The position numbers and the translations under genes were made by a program. From NCBI GenBank assembly GCA_005885245.1, contig VAWR01000059.1, forward strand, positions 12,077-76,076: a stretch of DNA of 64,000 nucleotides. Reading direction: 5' to 3'. Below, one piece after another: positions 38,781 to 49,441 of this stretch. The stretch comes from Actinomycetota bacterium (GTDB lineage: Bacteria; Actinomycetota; Thermoleophilia; Gaiellales; Gaiellaceae). Within the stretch, counting starts at the first letter, position 1, and the number at the start of each line of letters is the position of its first letter. A model generated the notes under the pieces. It was not told the DNA's origin, searched no databases, and saw only the letters and a program-made list of their open reading frames with translations.

Positions 38781-40390
38781 TGGCTGCGACGGTCTGGCTC
38801 AGGAACCGCGCGGACCTGCTCCTCTCCGCCACGGGGGCCGCCCTGCTGGCCTCCCTCCTCGTCTGGCTCGGTCCGCCGGGCACCGACCTGGCTGCGCACG
38901 TCTACCAGCGGACTCTGTTTCTCGAGCACGGGTTCGTTCTCTGGAACAACTTCTGGTACTCCGGCCGCTACAGCTTCGTCACGTACAGCGTCCTCTACTA
39001 CCCGCTCGCCGCTGTCCTCGGCATCAAGCTGCTCGCGGTGCTCATCGTCGCGGTCTCGGTCGCCTCATTCGCGGTGCTCGTCCGCCACGAGTGGGGAGAG
39101 CAGAGCAAATGGGCGATCCGCGCCTTTGCCGTCGTCTGGGCCGGGCTGGTCCTCTCCGCGGCCTACCCGTTCATGCTCGGCATTGCGCTGGCGCTGCTCG
39201 CACTCTGCTCGTTGCAACGCGGCCGGTATGCACTCTTCATCGCTTGCACGCTCCTGACGATCGCCGCGAGCCCACTCGCCTTCCTGCTGCTCGTTGTCGT
39301 GCTCGCAGGCGTGGCCCTCGCCCGACGCGGTGACGGCGGCCGATTCCTCGCGCCTGCGGTCGCGATCTTTGCGATCGGCGCCCTCGAGTTCCTGCTCAGA
39401 CGGATGTTCCCCGGCCGGGGCAGCTTCCCGTTCTCGGGCCAGGAGTTCGTGGCCGCGTCGGCGTTCTGCCTGATCGGACTCGGGCTGACCTGGGGCATCG
39501 CCCGCGCCCGAGTTCTGAGGTGGACGTTCGCCGTTTACCTCGTTGCGTGCATCGCTGCTTTCGCCGTCGCGTCACCGGTGGGGGAGAACATCGCACGGCT
39601 GCGATTCGCCGCAGCGCCGATCGCGATTCTCACGCTGTCGCTGCGAAACTGGCGCCCGCGCCCGATTTGCGCCATCGCGCTCGCCCTCGCGGCGTCGTGG
39701 AACCTGACGCCGCTCGCAGCAAGCTTCGCCCGCGGCGTCGAGGACCCGGCGGGACACGCCTCCTACTGGGCGCCCACGATCGCGTACCTGCAGCGCCATT
39801 TGCCGGCGTCGTACCGGGTCGAGGCCGTCGACACCGCGGGGCACTGGCCTGCCAACTTCCTCGCCCGGGCGAACATCCCACTTGCACGCGGCTGGTTCCG
39901 CCAGGAGGACTTCCCGCAGAACCAGGTGCTGTATGGAGAACTCGGCCCGAACGCTTACATCGGCTGGCTGCGGAAGGTGAGCGTGCGGTACGTCGTCCTC
40001 ACGTCGGCGCCTCCGGACTACAGCTCCCGCGCCGAGGCACAGCTGCTCAGGAGCGGCCGCTCCGGCCTGAAGGTGGTCCACCGAACACCGACGGCGACCG
40101 TCTTCGAGGTCCCTTCACCCCAGCCGCTCGTCTCGGCGCCGGCGCGCGTGCTCGCCCTCGGCTACTCCTCCATCCGCCTCAGCGTTCCGACGCCCGGCAA
40201 CTACCGGCTCACCGTCACGTACGCACCCTATTGGCACACGCCTTCGGGCTGTCTCCGACGCACGCCGGACGGGATGTCCGAGCTGAGGGTCTTTCGCCCG
40301 GGAATCGTCTCGCTTCGGTTCGGCGTGACTGCCGGGCGCGTACTGAAGACGCTGGTCGGCGAAGGATCGGAGACGTGCCCGGCTCGTTAG
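38780..40390 (+). CDS. Large polytopic membrane protein with C-terminal extracytoplasmic domain (possible GT-C-like glycosyltransferase)
   Basis: The ATG at 38780 overlaps the propeller gene TGA (TGATG). About 10 TM helices are followed by a ~190-aa soluble domain. I recognise no catalytic motif. Confidence 0.55.
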   Translation: MAATVWLRNRADLLLSATGAALLASLLVWLGPPGTDLAAHVYQRTLFLEHGFVLWNNFWYSGRYSFVTYSVLYYPLAAVLGIKLLAVLIVAVSVASFAVLVRHEWGEQSKWAIRAFAVVWAGLVLSAAYPFMLGIALALLALCSLQRGRYALFIACTLLTIAASPLAFLLLVVVLAGVALARRGDGGRFLAPAVAIFAIGALEFLLRRMFPGRGSFPFSGQEFVAASAFCLIGLGLTWGIARARVLRWTFAVYLVACIAAFAVASPVGENIARLRFAAAPIAILTLSLRNWRPRPICAIALALAASWNLTPLAASFARGVEDPAGHASYWAPTIAYLQRHLPASYRVEAVDTAGHWPANFLARANIPLARGWFRQEDFPQNQVLYGELGPNAYIGWLRKVSVRYVVLTSAPPDYSSRAEAQLLRSGRSGLKVVHRTPTATVFEVPSPQPLVSAPARVLALGYSSIRLSVPTPGNYRLTVTYAPYWHTPSGCLRRTPDGMSELRVFRPGIVSLRFGVTAGRVLKTLVGEGSETCPAR

Positions 40391-41604
40391 AGCGGCTTGA
40401 GCGAGATCAGCTTGCCGAAGGGCCGCCAGGCGTTGCCCGACCAGCGCTGCAGGCGCACCTGCGTCAGCGGGAAGCGACTCGACGGAGTCGTGTGGATGAC
40501 GATCCCCGGCAGCACGAAGGGATTGCCCCTCTCGGTCAGGTGGGTCGCCGCGTTCATCACGCCCTGCCGTGAGAGGTTCTTGCCGGCTTTTCTGAGCGTG
40601 TCCACCATCGTGTAGGCGCTCGCCATCCCGGTCGTGAAATAGCCGTCCTTCAAGTCGCGCGAGTTGATCCCGTCGCCGTACTTCTTGAGGATCGACTGGA
40701 AGAGCTTGACGCCCTTGTCCGTTGCCCACTGTGGCGAAGCCGGATCCTTGCCGAACACGATCGAGATCGAACCGTTCGCGGCCTTCTGCGGCACGATCGC
40801 CATCAGCGCCGAAGCCGAGGAGACGTCGTTGACGAAGATCTGCGGCTTCCAACCAAGACGCGAGACCGCGTTGAAGGCTTGCAGGGAGAACTTGCCGAAG
40901 GCGAAGATCATCAAGACGTTCGCCTTCGAGGCCTTCAGCTGCGTCACCTGCGGCTGGACGTCCGCCGAGGTCGGGTCGTACCCGACCTTGGCCACGATCG
41001 ACTTCACCTTGGCGCCGAGACCGCGCCGCAAGCCTGCGAGCAGGTCCCGCCCGTAGTCGTCGTCCTGGTACAGAACCGCGATCTTCGCCCGCTTCAGGTT
41101 CTTGACGACGTACCGGCCGTAGATCGCGCCCTCCTCGGCGTACGGCGGGATGTAGCCGATCGTCCAGGGGTACTTCCTGAAGTCGCGGCCGAAGGTCGTG
41201 GCACCCGAGGAGACGAAGAGCTGCGGAACCTTCGCGTCGTTCAAGAGCTTGCGCACGGCAAGGTTGTTGTTCGTGCCGAGCGAGCTGAACACCGCGAAGA
41301 CCTGCTCCTGCTGAATCAAACGGATCGTGTTGTTGACGGCGCGGCCGGGGTCATAGCCGTCGTCGAGGTACGTGAACGTGATCTTGCGCCCGAAGACACC
41401 GCCCTTGTCGTTCACGTACTTGAAGTACGCGTCCGCGCCGCGGGCGACATTGCCTGCAATCGCGGCCTCGCCGCTCAGCGGCACGCTCGAGCCGAGATGG
41501 ATCTCGGTCGCCGACACTCCGGGCGTGGCGACAGGGCGAGCGCCAGCAGAGGTCGCCGCCACGGTCGCGCCGAGCGCGCACAGCAAGAGGATCCTCGTAC
41601 CCAC
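40387..41604 (-). CDS. Branched-chain amino acid ABC transporter substrate-binding protein
   Basis: GTG at 41604 gives the signal sequence MGTRILLLCALGATVAATSAGA. It has a LivK-type PBP pattern (IHLGSSVPLSGEAAIAGN ... YLDDGYDPGRAV) and is the last gene of the liv operon. Confidence 0.85.
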   Translation of the reverse strand: MGTRILLLCALGATVAATSAGARPVATPGVSATEIHLGSSVPLSGEAAIAGNVARGADAYFKYVNDKGGVFGRKITFTYLDDGYDPGRAVNNTIRLIQQEQVFAVFSSLGTNNNLAVRKLLNDAKVPQLFVSSGATTFGRDFRKYPWTIGYIPPYAEEGAIYGRYVVKNLKRAKIAVLYQDDDYGRDLLAGLRRGLGAKVKSIVAKVGYDPTSADVQPQVTQLKASKANVLMIFAFGKFSLQAFNAVSRLGWKPQIFVNDVSSASALMAIVPQKAANGSISIVFGKDPASPQWATDKGVKLFQSILKKYGDGINSRDLKDGYFTTGMASAYTMVDTLRKAGKNLSRQGVMNAATHLTERGNPFVLPGIVIHTTPSSRFPLTQVRLQRWSGNAWRPFGKLISLKPL

Positions 41605-41609
41605 GCCTG

Positions 41610-42632
41610 CTAGGACCGAGTGTATAGCCGGGTTGTCAGCGGGTGGAGCACTCTCCGAAGGAGACCACCAACCCCCGTCGGCACCAGCAACATCACGACG
41701 ATCAGGACGGCGCCGAAGACGACGCTGGAGATCCCCGGTTGCTTCGGATCGAGGCTCAGCGCAGGCAGGTGATTGAGCCACTTCGCGACCGTGTCGGCAT
41801 GGTTCTGGAGGAAATAGATGAGTGCAGCACCGGCGATCAGGCCGGGAAGCGAGTCGAGTCCGCCAACGGCGAGCCCGACGACGAGGTAGACGGACAGAAT
41901 GATCGGGAAGACGTCCGGGTTCACGTAGGCGTTGGCGATTGCGTACAACGAGCCCGCGATCCCCGCGTAGAACGCGGAGATCCCGAAGGCGAGCGTCTTG
42001 TAGCGCGCGAGGCTGATTCCCGACGACGCGGCCGCAACCTCGCTGTCACGGATCGCCTTCAGCGCACGGCCCGTCTTCCCACGCACGAGGAGCCAGGCGC
42101 AGAGGAGCAGGACGAGGGCGATGCCCCACGTGAGGTAGTAGATCCAGTCGTTCGTCGTCGTGTCGAGCCCGTACGGCGGCTTCGCGAGGTTGAGGATCTT
42201 GCCGGTCGTTCCACCGAGGAAGTGGTCGAACTTCTTCGGGAGCTGCGGGAAGGAGACCGCGATGCCGAACGTGATCAGCGCCAGGTAGAGGCCGGACAGA
42301 CGAAGCGCCGGGACGCCCACGAGCAGGCCCGCGATCCCTGCGACCACTCCTGCGATCGGAATCGTCCAGAGGTCGCGAACCGGATGACCGTAGAACCCGT
42401 TCACGGTGAGGATCGCGGTCGTGTAGCCGCCGATCGCCATGAACGCGCCGTGCCCGAGCGAGATCTGGCCGCTGTAGCCGGTCAGGATCGAGAGACCGAG
42501 GAGCGCGATGAAGTACATCCCCACGATCGCAAGCTCCCTGGCCCGATAGTCGCCGACGAACCGGGGCAGCTCGGCCACGATCGCCGTCAACGCGACAAAA
42601 CCCAGGAGCTCGACCGAGAGCCTGAGCCTCAT
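41610..42632 (-). CDS. livM: Branched-chain amino acid ABC transporter permease LivM
   Basis: The ATG at 42632 overlaps the livH TGA. It has the LTGYSGQISLGHGAFMAIGGY and RALKAIRDSEVAA motifs. The upstream part of track ORF 41610..43361 is out of frame with livH. Confidence 0.85.
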   Translation of the reverse strand: MRLRLSVELLGFVALTAIVAELPRFVGDYRARELAIVGMYFIALLGLSILTGYSGQISLGHGAFMAIGGYTTAILTVNGFYGHPVRDLWTIPIAGVVAGIAGLLVGVPALRLSGLYLALITFGIAVSFPQLPKKFDHFLGGTTGKILNLAKPPYGLDTTTNDWIYYLTWGIALVLLLCAWLLVRGKTGRALKAIRDSEVAAASSGISLARYKTLAFGISAFYAGIAGSLYAIANAYVNPDVFPIILSVYLVVGLAVGGLDSLPGLIAGAALIYFLQNHADTVAKWLNHLPALSLDPKQPGISSVVFGAVLIVVMLLVPTGVGGLLRRVLHPLTTRLYTRS

Positions 42633-43534
42633 ACACGCCTCACCGCGACTCGTCCGAACAGGCCGCCTGGCCGGATGAGCAGCAAGATCAGGATGAGGAG
42701 CAGCGCCACAGGGAGCTTCAATGTCGAGCCGATGAAGCCGACGTAGCGCCCGAGCAGCGTGATCGTGACGCCGAGCAGGATGCCGCCGACCACTGCACCC
42801 GCCGGACTGTCGAGGCCGCCAAGCACCGCAGCGGCGAAGGCATAGAGCAGGATCGTCTGCATCATGTTCGGGTCGAGGAAGACGACCGGCGCGATCATCA
42901 TGCCGGCCACCGCACCGAGCACCGCCGCGATTCCCCAGCCGAGCGCCAGCATCCAGCCGACCCGCACGCCGGCGAGCCGCGACGAGTCCGGATTCACTGC
43001 GGCCGCGCGAAGCGCGAGGCCGAGCTTGGTGAAACGGAAGAAGAGAGCCAGGAGCGCCACGAGCGCGATCGAGACGACGACGATCCCGATGTCTTGCACG
43101 CTGATCGGCACACCGCCGACGTCGATCGTCCTCGTCGAGAATGGGCCGCGGAACTGACGGTTCGCGCCGCCCCAGATGATGCTCATCAGTCCGTTCAACA
43201 GCAGGGCCAAACCGAGCGTGATGATCACGATCGTCAGCACGGGTGCGTTCTCGACGGGGCGGATGAGGACGCGCTCGATCGTGACACCTCCGGCGAAGGC
43301 GATCGCGAGGACGATCGGGAAGGCCACCCAGAACGACAAGCCTCGATTCATCAGCGACCACGCGATGAACGTCGTGAACGTCGCCATCTCGCCCTGCGCG
43401 AAGTTGATCACGCGTGTCGAGCGGTAGATGATCACGATCGCCAGCGCAAGGCCTGCGTAGATCGCGCCTTCACGTACGCCCGCCGCGATCTGCTGCGCGA
43501 ACTCCGTCCAGGTGAATGCCGCGAGGGGCATCAA
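42629..43534 (-). CDS. livH: Branched-chain amino acid ABC transporter permease LivH
   Basis: 301 aa with the GAIYAGLALAIVIIY and INFAQGEMATF motifs. The start overlaps the livF stop. Confidence 0.9.
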   Translation of the reverse strand: MMPLAAFTWTEFAQQIAAGVREGAIYAGLALAIVIIYRSTRVINFAQGEMATFTTFIAWSLMNRGLSFWVAFPIVLAIAFAGGVTIERVLIRPVENAPVLTIVIITLGLALLLNGLMSIIWGGANRQFRGPFSTRTIDVGGVPISVQDIGIVVVSIALVALLALFFRFTKLGLALRAAAVNPDSSRLAGVRVGWMLALGWGIAAVLGAVAGMMIAPVVFLDPNMMQTILLYAFAAAVLGGLDSPAGAVVGGILLGVTITLLGRYVGFIGSTLKLPVALLLILILLLIRPGGLFGRVAVRRV

Positions 43535-44232
43535 TAACCGAGGTAGGACCTGCGGACCGACTCGTTGGCACGGAGTTCGTCGCTCGTCCCCGCGACGACC
43601 ACCCGTCCGACCTCGAGGACATAGGCACGTCCCGCGTGAGCCAGTGCGAGGTTGGCGTTCTGCTCCACGACCAGGACGGAGATCCCATCCTTTTCTTTCA
43701 TGCGCGCGAGCGCTTCGAAGATCTCCTTCACGACCAGAGGCGCGAGGCCGAGCGAGGGTTCGTCGAGCAAGAGGAGCTTCGGTCGCGCCATCATCGCCCG
43801 TCCGAGCGCGAGCATCTGCTGCTCGCCGCCCGACAGCGTGCCGGCCTGCTGGTCCCGCCGTTCTTCGAGTCGCGGAAAGAACGCGTAGACGCGCTTCGCG
43901 TCATCCCTGATCTTGCCGCGCCGCGTGTATGCGCCGAGGCGCAGGTTCTCCCAGACGGACAGTTCGCTGAAGGTGCCGCGACCCTCGGGAACGTGGGCGA
44001 TACCCGCCCGGGCGGTCGCCTCAGGGCGGCGAGGCAGCTTGTGACCCTCGAAGACGACGTCGCCGCTCCGCCGGACGGTGCCGGAGACGGCGCGCAGCGT
44101 CGTCGTCTTGCCCGCACCGTTCGCACCCAGCACGGCGACGAGCTCCCCCTCGCCGACGGTGAGCGACACCTCGTGCAACACCTTGACCGGGCCGTAGCGG
44201 GCGCCGACGCTCTCGAGCTCGAGGAGGCTCAT
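43531..44232 (-). CDS. livF: Branched-chain amino acid ABC transporter ATP-binding protein LivF
   Basis: It has the Walker A motif GANGAGKTT, the signature LSGGEQQML and Walker B LLLLDEPS. ATG 44232 gives MSLLELESV; TTG 44250 is an alternative. Confidence 0.9.
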   Translation of the reverse strand: MSLLELESVGARYGPVKVLHEVSLTVGEGELVAVLGANGAGKTTTLRAVSGTVRRSGDVVFEGHKLPRRPEATARAGIAHVPEGRGTFSELSVWENLRLGAYTRRGKIRDDAKRVYAFFPRLEERRDQQAGTLSGGEQQMLALGRAMMARPKLLLLDEPSLGLAPLVVKEIFEALARMKEKDGISVLVVEQNANLALAHAGRAYVLEVGRVVVAGTSDELRANESVRRSYLGY

Positions 44233-44391
44233 TGGGCAGCCTCTGCCCAATGAGCGAGGGAAGGGGCGTCGGGGGAAACCGTGAGGTTTCTCCTCTCCTG
44301 GTCCTCCGCCGACGCGGCGATCTCAGCGGCGCGTGGGCGGAGGCGACACCTAAAGAAGGGAGCTCGTGAGGGAAACATGGTTTCCCTCACG
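44230..44391 (-). repeat. Three stem-loops in the 184-nt livG-livF spacer
   Basis: Stem-loop 1: CATTGGGCAG-nnn-CTGCCCAATG (44230..44252), a 10-bp perfect stem with a 3-nt loop that includes the livF ATG. Stem-loop 2: GGGGAAACC-GTGA-GGTTTCTCC (44272..44293). Stem-loop 3: CGTGAGGGAAAC-ATG-GTTTCCCTCACG (44365..44391), a 12-bp perfect stem. Stem-loops 2 and 3 share a GGGAAAC/GTGAGG core. Confidence 0.7.
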
Positions 44392-44416
44392 GGAGCGAGC
44401 CGAAGGCGAGGGACGC

Positions 44417-45130
44417 TCACGCCGGGGCTCCGAGATAGGCCTCGATGACGGCCTTGTCCGCCTGCACCTCGGCCGGCGTCCCCTCGGCGATCGTCCTGCC
44501 GAAATCGAGCACGTGCACGCGGTCGGCGACGCTCATGACGAGTCCCATGTGGTGCTCGACGAGCAGGATCGTCAGCTCGAAGTCGCCGCGCAGGCGCCGG
44601 ATGAACGTCCCGAGCCGCTCGACCTCGTCATGGCTGAGCCCACCGGCGGGTTCGTCGAGCAGGAGCAGTCGAGGGCCGGACGCCAGCGCCCGGGCGAGCT
44701 CGACGCGTTTCTGCGTCCCGTACGGAAGCTCGGAAGCCCCGCGGTGCCGCACCGAATGGAGGTTCACGTAGAAGAGCACGTCGTCGACGCTCTCCTCCCC
44801 CTGGCGGGCGTGCGCGCCGACGCGGACGTTGTCGATGACGGACAGCCCGCGGAAGAGCTCCACGTTCTGAAACGTGCGCGCGATTCCGCGACGCACGATC
44901 GCGCTCGGCGGCGTCCCGAGGAGGCTGTCGCCGTCGAATCGAACGTCTCCCTCGTCCGGCGTGTACAGCCGGGTGATGACGTTGAACGCCGTGGTCTTCC
45001 CGGCACCGTTTGGGCCGATGAGCCCCACGATCTCCCCCGCCTCGACGTTCAACGAGACGGCTTCGAGCGCGACGATGCCGCCGAAACGCTTCGAGACGTG
45101 ATCGACCTCGAGGAGAGGCAAGCGTCGCAT
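44417..45130 (-). CDS. livG: Branched-chain amino acid ABC transporter ATP-binding protein LivG
   Basis: It has the Walker A motif GPNGAGKTT, the signature LPYGTQKRVELARAL and Walker B LLLLDEPA. It is the first gene of the operon. Confidence 0.9.
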   Translation of the reverse strand: MRRLPLLEVDHVSKRFGGIVALEAVSLNVEAGEIVGLIGPNGAGKTTAFNVITRLYTPDEGDVRFDGDSLLGTPPSAIVRRGIARTFQNVELFRGLSVIDNVRVGAHARQGEESVDDVLFYVNLHSVRHRGASELPYGTQKRVELARALASGPRLLLLDEPAGGLSHDEVERLGTFIRRLRGDFELTILLVEHHMGLVMSVADRVHVLDFGRTIAEGTPAEVQADKAVIEAYLGAPA

Positions 45131-45143
45131 ACCCTAAAGAGCG

Positions 45144-45602
45144 GTGGCGCTGCATCCAACCGCGCAACGATTCCAGGAGCGCCTGGCAGCGCTCGGCCTC
45201 GCGGCCGACGTACACGAGCTGGCGGCGTCCACGCGCACCGCCGCCGAGGCCGCGGCCGCCGTGGGCGTCGAGGTCGGGCAGATCGTCAAGTCCCTCGTCT
45301 TCGTCGATCCGGAGGGACCCGTCCTCTGCCTCTGCGCCGGCGACAGGCGAGTCGACACGACGAAGCTCGGCGGGGACGTGCGCCAGGCCACCGGCGACGA
45401 GGTCCGCGAGGCGACGGGGTTCGCCATCGGCGGTGTTCCGCCGATCGGACACGACCGCCCCGTCCGGACGGTCGTCGACTCGTCCCTGCGGCGATTCCCA
45501 ACCGTGTGGTGCGCCGCCGGCACACCGAACGCTGTCTTCTCGGTCTCGACGGAGGCGCTGATCGGGGCGATTCCCGAGGCCGCGGTCGAGGAGATTTCGT
45601 AG
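45144..45602 (+). CDS. YbaK/EbsC/ProX-type aminoacyl-tRNA deacylase domain protein
   Basis: The 152-aa protein has the family pattern (TAAEAAAAVGVEVGQIVKSLVF ... GFAIGGVPPIGH). The GTG start lies only 13 nt from the divergent livG ATG. Confidence 0.75.
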   Translation: MALHPTAQRFQERLAALGLAADVHELAASTRTAAEAAAAVGVEVGQIVKSLVFVDPEGPVLCLCAGDRRVDTTKLGGDVRQATGDEVREATGFAIGGVPPIGHDRPVRTVVDSSLRRFPTVWCAAGTPNAVFSVSTEALIGAIPEAAVEEIS

Positions 45603-45648
45603 CCCGCATCGACTGCAGGTTTCGCCCGGATCGCGGATCTACTCGGGT

Positions 45649-45716
45649 GAGGGGGCGCGCCTCCGCGGTTGTCGACCTGCTAGGAAGTCGCAGTCGCGGC
45701 AGCGCCTCCTCTTTTT
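45649..45716 (+). terminator. Probable intrinsic terminator of the ybaK-like gene
   Basis: GAGGGGGCGC (45649..45658) pairs with GCGCCTCCTC (45702..45711): 10 bp with one G-U. The interior contains a further CCGCG/CGCGG pairing. TTTTT follows at 45712..45716. Confidence 0.45.
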
Positions 45717-45721
45717 CGCAA

Positions 45722-45788
45722 GTGACACTGTGTTACTTACCGGTTCCGCCCGCTTGCGGAGCGCGCTCGCAAGCCACGTAACACAGTG

Positions 45789-45792
<4 letters not shown>
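45722..45792. repeat. Two 15-bp palindromes (GTGACACTGTGTTAC / GTAACACAGTGTTAC) flanking a GC-rich inner hairpin
   Basis: Copy 1 lies at 45722..45736 (one mismatch from a perfect 7-1-7 palindrome). Copy 2 lies at 45778..45792 (a perfect 7-1-7 palindrome that overlaps the TAA of the downstream convergent gene). Both are followed by TT. Between them, GCTTGCG (45752..45758) and CGCAAGC (45768..45774) flank GAGCGCGCT. The two copies can also pair with each other over 15 bp. Confidence 0.7.
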
Positions 45793-47669
<1,877 letters not shown>

Positions 47670-47682
47670 GGAGTCACCGTAG

Positions 47683-48279
47683 CTACTTGCGCACGCGCCG
47701 AAGGACCTCGACGCCGACCGTGATCGCGGCGGCGATTCCGAGCGCGAGCAGCAGCGCGTAGATCGGCTGATCGCGGAACGTCCGACCGCCGAGATAGCCG
47801 AGCAGCGCGCCGTAGCACGACCAGAGGATCGCCGCGACGAAGATATAGGGCATGAAGCGGGTCCTCCAGCGGAGATGCACGAGCCCGGCGGTGAACGTCG
47901 TCGCCGTGCGCCCGCCGGGGACGAAGCGCGCGACCACCAGTACGTAGCTGCCGCGCTGCTGCAGAAATCGCTCCGCCCAGTCGAGCCTGCCCTGCGCCAC
48001 CTCGCCGCTGAAGAACCGCTTGACGACCGGACGGCCGAGCCAGTGCCCCGCCGAATACGACGCGTTGTCCCCCAGGAACGCGCCGAGTGCGGCGAAGGCG
48101 ATCACCCAGCCGAGCGACAGCTGTCCGCGCGCCGCCTGGATCCCGCACACGATCACCGCGGTCTCGCTCGGCAGCGCCGGAATCACCGCGTCGCCCAGAC
48201 AGATGCCGAACAGGATCGGATAGGTCCAGACGGATCCCGTCAGCAGGTCGACCAGGTTCTGCAGCAGCGCGAGCAGCAT
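47683..48279 (-). CDS. dedA: DedA family membrane protein
   Basis: The 198-aa protein has the DedA/SNARE-associated pattern ([13 protein letters not shown] ... [17 protein letters not shown] ... [11 protein letters not shown]). Confidence 0.85.
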   Translation of the reverse strand: MLLALLQNLVDLLTGSVWTYPILFGICLGDAVIPALPSETAVIVCGIQAARGQLSLGWVIAFAALGAFLGDNASYSAGHWLGRPVVKRFFSGEVAQGRLDWAERFLQQRGSYVLVVARFVPGGRTATTFTAGLVHLRWRTRFMPYIFVAAILWSCYGALLGYLGGRTFRDQPIYALLLALGIAAAITVGVEVLRRVRK

Positions 48280-48304
48280 CTAGGTCTCGTATCGTCGCCC
48301 GCGC

Positions 48305-49441
48305 ATGGCCACAGCGTTCGTTCCGCTCGAGGGAGTTCGGGTCGTCGACGTGACGAGCTCCCTGGCGGGCCCCTACTGTACGGAGATCCTGGGCGCGCTC
48401 GGCGCCGACGTCGTGAAGGTCGAGCACCCTGAGCGCGGCGACGAGGCACGCGCCTGGGGCACGCCGTTCTTCCAGGGCTCGAGCGTGATGTTCTACGCGG
48501 CCAACCTGAACAAGCGCTCGCTTGCTTTGGACCTGAAACGCGGCGGCGACGTATTGCTGCGGCTCGTCGACTCGGCGGACGTCTTCCTGCAGAGCCTGCG
48601 GCCCGGAACTGCTGCGCGGCTGGGGTTCGGCCCCGGCGAGCTGCGGGAGCGGAATCCCGGTCTCGTCTACTGCGACATCGGCGCATTCGGCCGCGCGGGA
48701 CCGCTGCGCGAACGGCCGGGTTACGACCCGCTCCTGCAGGCCTTCGCCGGGATCATGAGCGTCACGGGCGAGCCCGACCGGCCCGGCGTGCGGGTCGGTG
48801 CCTCGATCGTCGACCAGGGGACCGGAATGTGGGCGGCGCTCGGGATTCTCGCGGCGCTCCACGCGGGCGGCGGCCATACGGTGGACGTGTCGCTCTTCGA
48901 GACCGGGGTCGGGTTGCTGCCTTATCAACTGACCGCCTATCTCGGCGGCGGGGGCGTCCCGGGACGGCACGGCACGGCGTTTCCACTGATCGCGCCGTAC
49001 CAGGTCTTTCGCACACTGGACGGCGAGGTGATGATCGCGGCCGGAAACGACGGGCTCTTCGAGCGTCTGTGCATCGCGCTCGACCTCGGCGCGCTCGCCT
49101 CGGATCCACGGTTCGCAACCAATCCCGATCGGGTCTCGCGACGCGAGGAGCTGGCGGAGCTGATCGGCAAACGGATCGAAGGCGAACGGCAGGCGGACGT
49201 CCTCGGCCGACTCGAGCAGGCCGGCGTCCCCGCCGCGCCTGTCAACGACGTCGGACAGGTCGCGGACCACGAGCAGACCGCCGAGCTTGGGCTGATCCAG
49301 CCGATGCCGGAACCGAGCTCCCCGCCACCCCGTCTCGGCGAGCACACGGTCGAGATCCTGGAGGAGCTCGGCTACTCGGCAGGCGAGATCGCGGATTTCG
49401 CGGCGGAACACGTCATCCGCCGCGTAGAGTCGGCTGGATGA
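48305..49441 (+). CDS. CoA transferase, family III (CaiB/BaiF)
   Basis: It has LEGVRVVDVTSSLAGPYCT, RGDEAR and the GYDPLLQAFAGIMSVTGEPD ... VGASIVDQGTG pattern of class III CoA-transferases. Confidence 0.85.
   Translation: MATAFVPLEGVRVVDVTSSLAGPYCTEILGALGADVVKVEHPERGDEARAWGTPFFQGSSVMFYAANLNKRSLALDLKRGGDVLLRLVDSADVFLQSLRPGTAARLGFGPGELRERNPGLVYCDIGAFGRAGPLRERPGYDPLLQAFAGIMSVTGEPDRPGVRVGASIVDQGTGMWAALGILAALHAGGGHTVDVSLFETGVGLLPYQLTAYLGGGGVPGRHGTAFPLIAPYQVFRTLDGEVMIAAGNDGLFERLCIALDLGALASDPRFATNPDRVSRREELAELIGKRIEGERQADVLGRLEQAGVPAAPVNDVGQVADHEQTAELGLIQPMPEPSSPPPRLGEHTVEILEELGYSAGEIADFAAEHVIRRVESAG

Noticed and set aside
44229-44420. 63-aa minus-strand ORF filling the livG-livF spacer
   Set aside because: Its composition is shadow-like (Arg/Pro/Ala). 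It has no SD and the frame is created by the palindromes themselves. I treated the region as structured non-coding spacer, though conservation analysis could overturn this.
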